Source of the DNA: Amoebidium appalachense
Lineage: Eukaryota; Protista; Ichthyosporea
Assembly: GCA_963693365.1 (NCBI GenBank)
Contig: CAVNZM010000016.1
Coordinates: 1,164,131 to 1,221,170, forward strand
Direction of reading: 5' to 3'
Length of the DNA: 57,040 nt
The notes beneath the pieces are model-generated. The model was not told the DNA's origin. It made no database searches and saw only the letters and a program-made list of their open reading frames with translations. Positions 35,430 to 47,089 of the stretch are shown here, in pieces (position 1 is the stretch's first letter; each line of letters begins with the position of its first letter). Position numbers and translations under genes: made by a program.

Positions 35430-36850
35430 AACCTTTGGAGCAAGCATACTGCTCTCGTGCCGTGGTTTACAACCATTGCAGGTTCACTTTCGTCCAAGGG
35501 GATGTCCCCCTAGAGGCAACACACGTCCCGGAGTAGTTTTTCATAGAGGTTTTATTTGTGGAAATTATTGACATAAATATTTTTCTGGGTAAACACGTAG
35601 GATGGGTGTTCAATACCAACATAACCATGTAGGCTTCATTTCGTGTTTTAGCAGTTAGCGGTTGGCTGCCCGCACACGGGCACCTATTAGCCAGTCAAAA
35701 CATCAGATACCACAGATCACTAGACCGAGTTATGATTGGCTCGGATCAGATTTCACATATCACTAGATCGATTTTTGATTGGTTCAGATCGGTAGGCTTA
35801 GGTATATAAGCACGACAGTTTTTAGCAGATCAGCAAGCTACAAACACATCTTCTGTGTTTAGCATCCACAGCCTTACAGCTATATATTCCTTTTCACCCA
35901 CCCACCTACACCCACACACAACCCCCATTGATCCACACATACGTGCTGTTTTTTCACGGGGCGAAGCCTTCCCCCGTTTTTTGGGCACATGGACCTCACG
36001 GATCAATAAATTGATGACTGGGGGCTTGCCGTGGTTTACAACCATTGCAGGTTCACTTTCGTCCAAGGGGATGTCCCCCTAGAGGCAACACACGTCCCGG
36101 AGTAGTTTTTCATAGAATGATAGAAGGAACGACAAAGCGACCCACCCTGACAGGCCTGGTATGCCAGGGTGCCCCTCCCACTGAACGCCACAAAGCCGAC
36201 GACAAAGAAACCATACCACCCCCGGCACCCACGCGCCGCACCCCCGGCGGGCACCTCGAAGGAGGGCAACGCACGCAAAATGCCCCCCCACGAACCCGCC
36301 AAACGCAACGGCAGCGCAAAACAACGAAAGGGGTGGGAAGAAAGCACAGAAAAATGCTGAGGGTGGGGGGGGAGGCGCAGGGCACCTGGCCACGGGAGGC
36401 GGGGAGGAGGGAGAGGGACGAGGGGAACAAGGGGAAAGGAAGTAGTGTGTATTGGGCTGGTGCAAAGCGCGTACATATGGGGCTCTTCGGGACCACTCGC
36501 TTGAGCGCATTCTGTCTCCGGCGATGCACGGAACTGGTTGCAGGGGGCGCGAACAGAAAGCACAGGGGCAAACACCACAGAATGTGATGGACCGGCAAAA
36601 GAAAGGCAACAGGACCGAAGACTGAGGACATACCCCCACTGATGCACAGTCCGGCGCCACGGTGTTTGCGGAACACGCCCGCCGCAGCGAGGCAGGCACA
36701 AGCTGCCACCCACCCACCCCCAGGAACCCACGAAACATCCGCGGAATATTCCCCCAAAAGCGGATGGAGAATGCCCACCTATGAACAGAGTGTCAGCACA
36801 GAAGGGAAAAAGCGAAAGCAGGGCCACCTGGAAGCACCGGCTACGAATTA

Positions 36851-37520
36851 TTGGCAACGATCGGAGGAAGTAGTCGCTGCAAAGACAATGACCTTGTGTA
36901 TGTGTGGGTCAGAACAGCGTGGCCCCCGCAAACCCAGAGGAACCAGATTGGGTGCCGCTACGCTTGTGCGCCCGTTTTGGCCGCATGTCACGACGCCCCA
37001 ACCGCAGGTCACCTCGACGCAGCACGCACCTTCCACCGTGTTACCCAGACAGCATGGTGGCCACGTGTATGGCAAGACTCGGTGCAGTGGGTAACCACAT
37101 GCAAAGCCGTCAATACCGGAAGACACCCCGAATGCAAAAGAAATACGAATTCACGATGGTTTTATCCCCACCTATCCCTTTCAATACGTGTCTATGGACA
37201 TACTGAGATGCCTACGAAATCTGATCTCAGAGTTTCCCTGTTGGTGTTTCTCGACCTCTTCACTCGCTGGCCGGAAGTGATTTTATTTCACAAAACACCC
37301 ACAGCGAAGATGTGGCAAAGGCAGAAGACTCCATCTACTGCCGTCACGGCGTCGGAATTAGTATCAGACAACGGCGCGAATTGGCAGCTATGTTGGTCAC
37401 AGATGTCTGTCGAGTGTTGGCTACAAAACGAATTTGCAAGTCCCTACAGCCCCCAGACCAATGGTGCCGTAGAGCGATTCAATCGCACACTTAAGAATAT
37501 TCTTGCCACTCTCGTGCAGG
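36851..37520 (+). pseudogene. Integrase of element A, N-terminal and core part (degraded)
   Basis: H...GH...WWP...C, DLFTRW, SDNG, SPYSPQTNGAVERFNRTLK. Confidence 0.9.
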
Positions 37521-40500
37521 TGTAAACAGTTGGACTAGTTAGGATAAGGCAGAGTACAACTGAATCAAAATAAAGACAGAGAACGGGTAGAAAGGCACAC
37601 GCGGCCAGGTTGCTTTTACTATGGGCCGACTCAGTCTGTCTCAAGACTTCACTGATGTGATCCCCGTACTGGGACGGCTTTCTTATATAGCCCCCAGGTT
37701 TCGGATCAAGGCCCAGGATTGGTTCATCCGCGGCCAGCGCGGGTGGCAACATGCCATTCGTGATTCTGGTGCGGTCCGAGCCAGTCAGACCTTTGTCCTA
37801 TTTATGCAAACCTGTTATTGGTTCACTTCGTTTATGTGGTATGCAGCTGAAGAACCATATATGGTTCAATTCTTAGGTCAGAGTGAGTCCTATTGGTGCG
37901 GACATAATATTTATGTGATATTCATGACAAAGCACGAATCGTGTGCTAGTAGATCACATTCTTTAGTAAACATGTACAGTTCATGTGTACAGTTGTTTAC
38001 ACTCCCCCCCTTGTCGGGAGCCTGGTGGTGTCGTTAGACAAGCAAACCACCAGGCTGAGAGGCGATAAACAACCTTCAGCAAGAATTCTTGTGCGCCGAG
38101 CTGCTGGGCAGAACAGAGCAAGGATGGTTGAATAGAGTTGTGCACGTCTATGAGCACTTCTTCGTTTGCCAAAACGTAAATTCATGCAGCATTCTTCTGT
38201 GCTTTCATTTTCGTGGCGAAGATTGTTGCAGAGTGTTCGTGCGAATTGTTCGCTTCGTCTCTGTGCTTGGCTTTTTCTGTAGAAGTAATATTTTCCTTTT
38301 TGGGAATTTTTCCTTTTTAGGATACTCCCGCAGATTCGTTTTCAATTGCGAGTAATTTGGTTGTGTGGATGAATGATCATACCAAGCATTCGATAATGAA
38401 TATAACTCAAGCCTTAGGTCACTTCGTAGCTCAGGTAGTGGTGGATAGCTTCAAGGCTTAGCCGCTGCTCCTTATCCCGGTTCTACCTTAAGACTGTAAG
38501 GCGAGTCGCCATGGCCAGAAAAGCCACTTCTTTCATGAACAAATAGCACTTCTTTCCTTTCAGCTTTAACCCTGCATCACCGGAGCTGGGAAAAACATGA
38601 ATAAAAATGCCCTAAGTGTTCTTCGTTGGGCGACATAAAGAAATATATCAGCCCGTCAGAATTCGAACCAGTAAAAACCCGGTTCATAATTCATAAGAAG
38701 AGGGTAGGCAAAGCAAACCTTCTTCAGAAAACACATGCTTCCATTCGTGAGCAGTTTTCGTATCCCATTTGCCAGCCATTTTCGTTGAGCAGGGGGATTC
38801 CAGGCATAATACATTCTTCTGGAGGCTTGGCCTAAAAAGAAAAGTCGTCGCAGTCGCCCTTTCTTTTGTAAGCAACTTCGTGAGCGCGCTTCGTGTTTTC
38901 ATATCCTCCAGTGCAGGTCTGGATGGTGCCCCATCCTCTGCTTCATTTGTAGGTGGCCCTACTGTAGGTTCTGTTCGTTGTGTGGAATACCAAAACCATT
39001 CGTATTCGTGGAACTGCTTTGTGCTGTGCTTTCTTTCGTGTTGGTGTTCATGAAGTTACCCCGTTCACACACCCTACTTCTTACATACATTAGATGTAAG
39101 TAGCTGCCTGGTGAGTGTGTGGTTCGTGTTCGTGGCATTCTTCTGTTCCTTCGTGAGAAGAATATTCGTTTTAGCAGAGGTGCCCAATAAGGCAGCTTGT
39201 GGGGTTGTCTCCCGCATGTGCCCATTGGTGGGGTATGCACGTGCTAAATTGTTACAGTGTCATCATATTGCAAGGGAATAACATGGTCACCTCCGTACCA
39301 GGGCCTAGTAGGTACACATGATGGTCCGATGTGTTAGTCAACAACACCTTGCATTCGTATTCGTATTTGTCTTCCACGTCACTTTCTTCAGTAGTGAAGG
39401 AGGGTATTCGTAATTCAAAACTGAAAGGCTTCCAGCCAAAATACTGACACTGTATGATGGGGTTGTGAGGGAGCGGTGCCCATACCACATTCTTTTGTTC
39501 TGGTGGGGGTGTGCCGGCAGCTAGTGCAAGGCTTGACAGTGTAATTGGTATGTTACACCGTATTGCCACAGACGGGCATTCACCTTAAAATTCGTACCCA
39601 ACACCTTCTTTGTTTTTCACATGCATGAACAAAAGTTCTGCATCGACTTTATTACATGCCTTTTGTGCACCAAGAGTGCAAATTCGTTAGGGCGTGGCAC
39701 CAGGAAGGGCCGCCATACATGAGGCATATGTTCGTAATGTGTTTAGGCATGCCAGCATACATTCATGCGCATGTTGTGCATCCTGTGCGCTAAACTATGG
39801 GGCATGCTGTATTCGAAAACAGCAAGAAATTCGAAGCATGCATGCAAAACTACTTTCACAGCACCTTATGTCCTCAATGCTATAGGAACAGCGACTATCT
39901 TCTTCTTTAAATGCATTCGTGCTGAAAGTGGCCGTGCATCTGGCTTGCGAGTGTGGAGGTGCATGCGGTGGCATGGACACGATGACAGTGTGCAATAGCG
40001 CAATGCACGCAAGGGCAACGGTTTTCTTTTCTTCGTAACATAGAGGGGGCTGTGTGCATTGCAACCCAAGCAGTGTTGTGCATTCGTTCTTTCATTTTCG
40101 TATTCCATTTCATTTTGCTTTCGTTTTTCGTTTTTTGTCGTTTGATAACTTCGTTACTTTGTTTTGTTTTGTGCTGCATTCATTTCGTATTTCCTCTATG
40201 CATTCGCTTGTCGTTAATTCTTTATTTCATTGCGTATTCGTGATGGTTCGTTTTTCGTTGGTTCATTGCTTCGTTAGCAATTCTTTATTCGTTTGTTCGT
40301 GTATTCGTTGTTTCGTTGTGTATTCGTTTTTCTTCACATTTTTGATGTGTCGTAGCAAAAGAAGTTTTACATGCTTTCAATTCTTTCCGTGTAGGTGGGC
40401 TGGCCACTTCAAACTTGTCGGTGTATATATTCTAAGCCGGACAAGGAAAGATGTGCCTATCATCGGGGTAAAAAGAATTGTGATCGGCCATGGGAGATTC

Positions 40501-41071
40501 TTAAGCTGATTGAAAGATGTGAGATTCTTGAACTGATTGAAAGATGTGAGATTCGAAGGATGCGAGATTCTTGAACTGCGCGGTCGCCAATGTAAACAGT
40601 TGGACTAGTTAGGATAAGGCAGAGTACAACTGAATCAAAATAAAGACAGAGAACGGGTAGAAAGGCACACGCGGCCAGGTTGCTTTTACTATGGGCCGAC
40701 TCAGTCTGTCTCAAGACTTCACTGATGTGATCCCCGTACTGGGACGGCTTTCTTATATAGCCCCCAGGTTTCGGATCAAGGCCCAGGATTGGTTCATCCG
40801 CGGCCAGCGCGGGTGGCAACATGCCATTCGTGATTCTGGTGCGGTCCGAGCCAGTCAGACCTTTGTCCTATTTATGCAAACCTCTTATTGGTTCACTTCG
40901 TTTATGTGGTATGCAGCTGAAGAACCATATATGGTTCAATTCTTAGGTCAGAGTGAGTCCTATTGGTGCGGACATAATATTTATGTGATATTCATGACAA
41001 AGCACGAATCGTGTGCTAGTAGATCACATTCTTTAGTAAACATGTACAGTTCATGTGTACAGTTGTTTACA
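37521..41071 (-). mobile_element. Non-autonomous LTR element B inserted in the integrase of A
   Basis: 481-bp near-identical LTRs 37521-38001 and 40591-41071. TSD GCAGG. PPT at 38002. Same PBS as A at ~40573-40589. Decayed internal pol remnants (ECKVLLTNTSDHHVYL). Confidence 0.93.
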
Positions 41072-41555
41072 GCAGGATAAACACCACGAATGGATTGACT
41101 ACTTACCGCAAGTACTGTTTTCCTACCGCACCGCCTACCACTCTTCCTTGGGGGACACGCCATTCTTCATGCTTTATGGCAGAGATCCGGTCGAGCCCCC
41201 CGCCCCCCAATTGCGGCTTCATGTGGGATGGAGACGGAGGAATACCGTCGAGAACTACTGCAACGAGTGCAGTATGCCCGGCAAACAGTCACACGAATTA
41301 TGTCTGAAGCTGCCCGTCGTAGTAAAATCACGGCTAACAAAAATGCTCGTGAACCCACAGAACTCGAGGGTCTGGTGTTGAAAGCAGTCACAGACTCCAC
41401 CACCGACCACAGTCTACCCACGGCACTCAGACCTAAATGGGAAGGTCCGTATCGCGCCCTGCGGCGCGTTACCGACGCCCCCATGTCTTACGAAATTCAG
41501 CGGGTTGGGTCAACGGACACCGTTCGAGCACACGCACGTCACTTGAAGCCGTATT
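41072..41555 (+). pseudogene. Integrase of element A, C-terminal part (frameshifted)
   Basis: WIDYLPQVLFSYRT...TPFFMLYGRDP, PKWEGPY, RHLKPY. Confidence 0.9.
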
Positions 41556-42161
41556 TGTAAACAGTTGAACTAGTTGGGATAAGGCAGAGAACAACTGAAT
41601 CAGAATAAAGACAGAGAACGGGTAGTAAGGCACACGCGGCCAGGTTACTATTTAATGTGCTCGTTCAGAGTGATCCCCCGTACTGGGACGGCTTGTTTAT
41701 ATAGCCCCCAGGTTCCGGATCATCTGGATGGGTGGCATTGATGCCTTCGTGACTTCTGACCAGTCAGAAGAGTGCGGTCGTCTTTATGTGCACACAGTGC
41801 ACCAATAACATGAAGCTAACTAAAAGGATAACTTTGTGGCAAATGATTGGTCAATACTTAAGCCCGTTTAGGTTTATGCAACTGGGTCTGATTTCCTTAT
41901 TCCGTTCGTTTAGCTATAGATGTCGCCTCCGTAGTGGATGAGACTTGCACTCCTATCCTAGCGGTTCTCGAATTCTATTGGTTCATACTGACTGCACGGC
42001 CACTGCATATTGCCGGCGCCGCGGCTCAGTCGTGAGCCGCAGCCCGCGGCTGTCGCGTGTGATATTGATCTGATCATATGTACACAATATCTACGTGATC
42101 ACTATGATATGTACACTATATTCGTAATAGTAAACATGTACGGCGTGTACAGATGTTTACA
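41556..42161 (-). repeat. LTR A3
   Basis: Near-identical direct copy of A1. Confidence 0.93.
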
Positions 42162-43448
42162 CCCCCCCCTCCCGGCTGGGGGGGGAGGAAGGAGATGAGA
42201 GTGGGGAGGATGAGGATGAGGATGAGGACTAGTGGGATGATAGAAGCCCCCCCCCCCCCCCCCCCCCCCCCACCACCACCACCACCACCACCACCACCCT
42301 CTTTTTTTTTTTCTTTTTTTGATATGTTTTGGTGTCTAGTGCAGCCTGGAGCAGACTCCGGAGTTGAGACTTAGAAATTTGTTGTATTGCAGTCTCGCTC
42401 CTGTGGAACGAGACTTAAAAATTTGTAACAAGCTGTGAGAAAAAACAAACTGTCAGGCGTGGTCTCTGCTCCAGTGGAGCGAGACAAAAAAGTACATATG
42501 GTATCCGTCTCTGCTCCTGTGGAGCGAGACGCAAAGAAACATCTGATGTCATATTGTATGTGTCCTTACAGTGATTTTATGACCTATGATGTATGATATC
42601 ATTATCATACATAGAACATGCCATTATGCATGTAAGGATGGGTTTATGACGCACCCAAAAGCACATTGTGCATGTGCACAGTACACCCTTACAACATATG
42701 CAAGTGTACGTTACGACGTCAAATGTATTAATATGGGTCATCTACATTATATGTCGTAATGTCCTCCTATGCATCTGTTTACAACATCGTAATGTAATCT
42801 GTAGTAGGATGCAAATCACATCTTATGATAGGTCATGGGTTAGCACAAACCCACCCATGGTATATCCACTGGTTGTGTTTCGGATGTCGGAAAGGGCGTC
42901 TGAACGATTGGATTTCGAGCTATTTTTATAATCAACTGGATGGTTTTGCAGTGCTCCATTGCATTGCTTTACAACAAACGATAGACATACATGTGATAGT
43001 CATACGTATTTGATCAAGAGGGTATTAATACCATACATTCGATGCGTTTACAGTGCTCCGTTATATGGCTTTACATCAAACCATAGACATGCATAAGATC
43101 GTCCACAGGGTGGCGTTCTGATCCTCCCGTAGACGGTGTTACGACTGTCTGAATGCCCCCTGGCCGCCGTCATATACCAACCGACTGGACGTCGTATGTT
43201 GGATCTATTGCACATCCATTGCACGTCGGTTAGATGGCTACATTGCACATCCATTGGATATGCACTCGCGGGGTTCTATGTACATCCATTGGTGCATCGG
43301 GTATCGGATCGAGCATATTACGACACATCCATTGGACGTCGGGGAGCAATGATATGTATTTGGGGTTAGTTTTGGAGGTGTTGAGAGGTTTCCGATGTCG
43401 ACGGGTAGTTTACGACAGGTTTTGGATGCCGCAACAAGATTGCTGATG

Positions 43449-44881
43449 GGATCCGTGGGTCTAGGGGGCCACTGGCTCGACCAATGGTTTTTCATGCCCT
43501 GGTCTCCCCCCACCCAGGCCCTCTATGCTCATGAGGGTAAACTCGGTTCCTTCGTCATCGAACTCTTGGCCATCGCAGCCGCCGTGGCCCTCTGGGCCCC
43601 CTCCTGGTCCACCCACCATGTCCGTATTTTATGCGACAACACGGGTGCTGTGTCTGACCTGCACTCCCGGTCTTCCCCCCACCCGGTGATGGCCAAACTT
43701 ATTCGGTTCATCACCCGCATGGAAATGAAATACCAATTCACGTTACAGGCCTCCTACCTACCGGGACCCCTCAACCATCTAGCCGATGCCATTTCTCGTA
43801 ACCAACTTCCCCGAGCCCGACGACTCCGACCTTCCCTGCAACCGGAGCCCTGCCCCTTCCCCTCCTGGGTCCACGAGTTCCTATCCTAACACCCCCCCCC
43901 CCCCCCCCCCCCAGATCTCCCCTTCCGGAGCAACGCCGGCAGATTGGCCCCCCACTTTGCTCCGGCCGAGCTGCTTCGAGCCACCACTACCCTGCAGGAA
44001 TGCCAGGCCCTGAGTCTCAACCTCGACTCTCGGGCCTTTTACTCCCGGGTGCAAAAAGTGTTCATCGATTTTTGTGTGGCATCTCGGCTGCAGTCCACCT
44101 CCGGGTCCTACCTCCCGGCCTCCCCACACACCGTGCAGCTCTTTCTCGCCTGGTGTGCCCAACGAGGGGTACAGGCCTCTTCCTTGGCCGGCTACAATTC
44201 GGCCATCACCAGACTCCACCTCAACATGGGCCTCCCTGCTCCCTACCCCCACGACAAGTCTCTGGCCTGGTTCCTACGAGGGGTGGGCAGATGGCAGCTT
44301 TCTCACAACATCCGGCCCCGATCATCTACCAGGGAGCCCCTCCTGCCCTCCCACCTCAGCCTACTCCATGGCCAGTGCCCCACCAAGGCCTCCTCGGCCA
44401 ATCTCCGGCTATGGACGGTCCTCATCGTCGGTTTTTGTGGTCTCCTCCGTTCGGGGGAATTTACCTCCAAGACCCCGACTTCCTTCGACCTGTCCCGTCA
44501 CGTTAAAAGGAAGGATGTGACCTTCAGCTACACCCCCTCCGGTACTTTGTCCCATGCCACCCTCCACCTGCCAACCTCCAAGACGGATGTACAGGCCCAA
44601 GGTGTCAACGTCACTCTCGCTGCCCTGCCCCTCACCCACTTCTCCCCAGCCCATCTCCTCCGGCAGTTCCTGGATACAACGTCCGGTCAACCCGACGACC
44701 CCCTGTTCAGTCTCGGTGGCGTTCCCTACACCAAGGGTGCTTTCTCTGCCGACTTCCGTGCTCTCCTCTCCCGGGCAGGCCTCTCACCCTCCCGGTTTGC
44801 CGGCCACAGCCTCCGAATCGGGGGGGCCACAGCCCTGGCTGAGGCCGGGGTCGACAACTCCCGGATCAAACAACTCGGCAG
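43449..44881 (+). mobile_element. Ngaro copy 1, right fragment (RNase H + tyrosine recombinase truncated before the catalytic Tyr)
   Basis: Closely similar to ~33895-35335. YR ends at ...KQLGR; terminal repeats are absent. Confidence 0.92.
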
Positions 44882-45962
44882 ATAACAGATAATGGGAGAA
44901 ATTGTAAAGTTTACATTTAGGGACGTGTCGTCGCAACGGGGGGTGTTATACAAGCATATGGATAGGAATTGCTGAGGCTTGGGACCCGGCAGGACATGGA
45001 TCGCCGATACGGGACGGCCCGTCATGAGGGGTGTTTCGATATGAAAACAAAGAAAGATATGGACACAATATAATCCGAACGGGGGCTGCACGCGCCCGTC
45101 AAACTATGCACATGAGCCCCGATGTGGACTCTCAGAGTCCAAAAGGTTCACAAAACGAACAGAAATAGACTCCATCACAGATCATGAGGTGGAACACGTT
45201 TTCAGCAAAGAACGTATTCCGGAATATCATTTAGACGTGTCTGCAAGTCCTTGAGCAAGACGATATAGAAGTAAGACAGTGTCGATAAAAACATATTCCG
45301 GAATACGACATTATGTGACATGTGGTTTGGGACACGTAAAGTTCCCAAAACTGAGCAACTCCCCATCATGCAGAAAAATATATATTCTGGAGTGTGTTAA
45401 TCGACCAGAGACACATTGCAAAACCAGTCTTGTGCATTTTCAACCTTAATACAAACAAAGATATTTGGGTTTCGAAGACAAACAACCCAACCCCATCCCA
45501 AGCATCATCTATTCAAAAAGCTAGTAGAGATAAAAGCCCAATTTTGAAAAACATAACACAAAAAAACAAAAAAAACATTACCATTCATTCGTTTATGATG
45601 AGCATAGGTTTTCAAGACAACTTGAGGCTGAATCATTCATTCATTCATTTAGGCTGTCTGTCACTGCTATCACCGAGCAACATGTGAATCGTCTAGAATC
45701 AAAAAAATTATATGTTCCAATACGAATTTCGATGCAAGTGTTTACAATTATAGATATATACATATATATAACGTCATGGTCATTCGAGTTGCCAGGGTTC
45801 GTATCGTCCTCTGGAGCGCTGGCGCATTCAATTTGGTGTAAAAATATAACTGAGGGGAAGAGGAGGGGGTGGGCTGTCGTCATCAGACTCGTCTACACCA
45901 TGGGTTGCACGTTCTTGAGGGGCTTTTTGGGTGGGTGCAATACGAAGGACCCCAACATCTTG

Positions 45963-45966
<4 letters not shown>

Positions 45967-46059
<93 letters not shown>
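45967..46059. repeat. (TG)n microsatellite
   Basis: Direct observation. Confidence 0.98.
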
Positions 46060-46060
<1 letters not shown>

Positions 46061-46120
46061 TATGGAGATATTGTTAGTGAAATGTTTTTCGAAAGTCTAG
46101 TTCGCCTCATTTGTATCTTC

Positions 46121-47089
46121 CTACAACGCCACAGAAAGCCCGTGACGTTCACAGTAGTATAGTACGTTATACCATCTGTATGAGGACAGCAACTTGTGGA
46201 GGCGTATGGCAATGCAGTGTTCGCCGAAAGCACACAGCAAACTCTGCACCCATTCGTGCATTTTTAACCATGATTCGCGAAACGTGTAATATTCGTACGC
46301 CTTTGAGTTTGTGTCTACAGTATCTGGTTCCTTGTCCCATTCTCCAGACGAGAAATCATAACCCGTGGCAGCAATAACCCTTTCCACCGTGTCGGCACTT
46401 CGCAAAATCAGCATCATTGTATTAAAGGGCTGTGACCCTCGAAATACCGCCCGCATGCACCCATCACCGATATCCTTGCTGCTGAGTGTTCTCATGTCGA
46501 TATCACTGAACCGTTCGGGAGGATGAACCTCCGGGGGAGGGCCCGTATCCGGTTTATTCGGTGTCGTTTCAATGTAGTGAAGTGTGTTATACAATCTGTA
46601 TGAATTGAACAATGTGTCCATGCGTTCGGCAGCTTCAGTTTCTCCGATATGTCGCATCGTGGTAATCAAGGGCCCAAAGTCTTTGTGCCCCTCCGTTAAA
46701 TGTTTGGTGTAATTATGGCGATGAAAAGGAAACCAACGGTACGCCGATGAATTGGGATCAGGAGGATTAGCCGGCTCTTCATCCCATTCGGGTGAAGAGA
46801 AATCGTAACCCGACGCGGCGATTTTCTGTTCCGCATCGTCTAGGTCTTGCCACAACTGCCTCATTTCAGGGAAAAATGCTGATCCGTGCAATCGCGCCTT
46901 CAAATATTGGATTTGCAACTCGTCCAAATCCAGTGACCCAACGTTGATATCACTATACGATTTAGCACGGCAGTTCGCACAAGGGCGTCGAATCCCTTCC
47001 TGGCAGAGGCCATGCGTATAAGTTACTCTATATGACCCACATATGTAGCTGTGTCTCGTGTGAAAACCATCGTGATGATTAATGTGCAC
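46121..47089 (-). CDS. Hypothetical protein with an internally duplicated domain
   Basis: 322-aa complex-sequence ORF. Two repeats IAASGYDFSSPEWDEEP...NSSAY and IAATGYDFSSGEWDKEP...NSKAY, each followed by L..SYR.YN.L.Y. N-terminal Cys cluster. Confidence 0.7.
   Translation of the reverse strand: MHINHHDGFHTRHSYICGSYRVTYTHGLCQEGIRRPCANCRAKSYSDINVGSLDLDELQIQYLKARLHGSAFFPEMRQLWQDLDDAEQKIAASGYDFSSPEWDEEPANPPDPNSSAYRWFPFHRHNYTKHLTEGHKDFGPLITTMRHIGETEAAERMDTLFNSYRLYNTLHYIETTPNKPDTGPPPEVHPPERFSDIDMRTLSSKDIGDGCMRAVFRGSQPFNTMMLILRSADTVERVIAATGYDFSSGEWDKEPDTVDTNSKAYEYYTFRESWLKMHEWVQSLLCAFGEHCIAIRLHKLLSSYRWYNVLYYCERHGLSVAL

Larger units (their letters stand above)
30649..36116 (+). mobile_element. Full-length Ngaro-type tyrosine-recombinase retrotransposon
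   Basis: Split direct repeats A1 30650-30999, B1 35458-35547, A2 35548-35897, B2 36027-36116 around gag, RT/RH and YR ORFs. No methyltransferase after RNase H. Confidence 0.93.
24587..42161. mobile_element. Chromodomain Ty3/gypsy LTR retrotransposon A with three LTRs and internal inversion
   Basis: LTRs TGTAAACA...TGTTTACA at 24587-25196(-), 25548-26156(+), 41556-42161(-). Flanked by C-runs compatible with a CCCCC TSD. gag, protease, RT start, integrase and chromodomain are present. Confidence 0.92.
16367..43448. mobile_element. Large TIR DNA transposon (Plavaka/CMC-like) with nested insertions
   Basis: TIRs CATCAGCAATCTT (16367-16379) and AAGATTGCTGATG (43436-43448). GG duplicated at 16365-66 and 43449-50. 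Removing it restores the Ngaro RNase H sequence seen intact at ~33885-33915. Subterminal CATCGGAAACC/GGTTTCCGATG. Confidence 0.9.

Noticed and set aside
42345-42530. Mini CRISPR array
   Set aside because: Only three degenerate repeats with unequal spacers (~47 and ~21 bp) in a eukaryotic context with no cas genes.
44882-45960. Terminus of an element carrying the ParB-MTase-OTU gene
   Set aside because: The abrupt junction with the truncated YR is suggestive, but no TIR partner or TSD is identifiable in the window.
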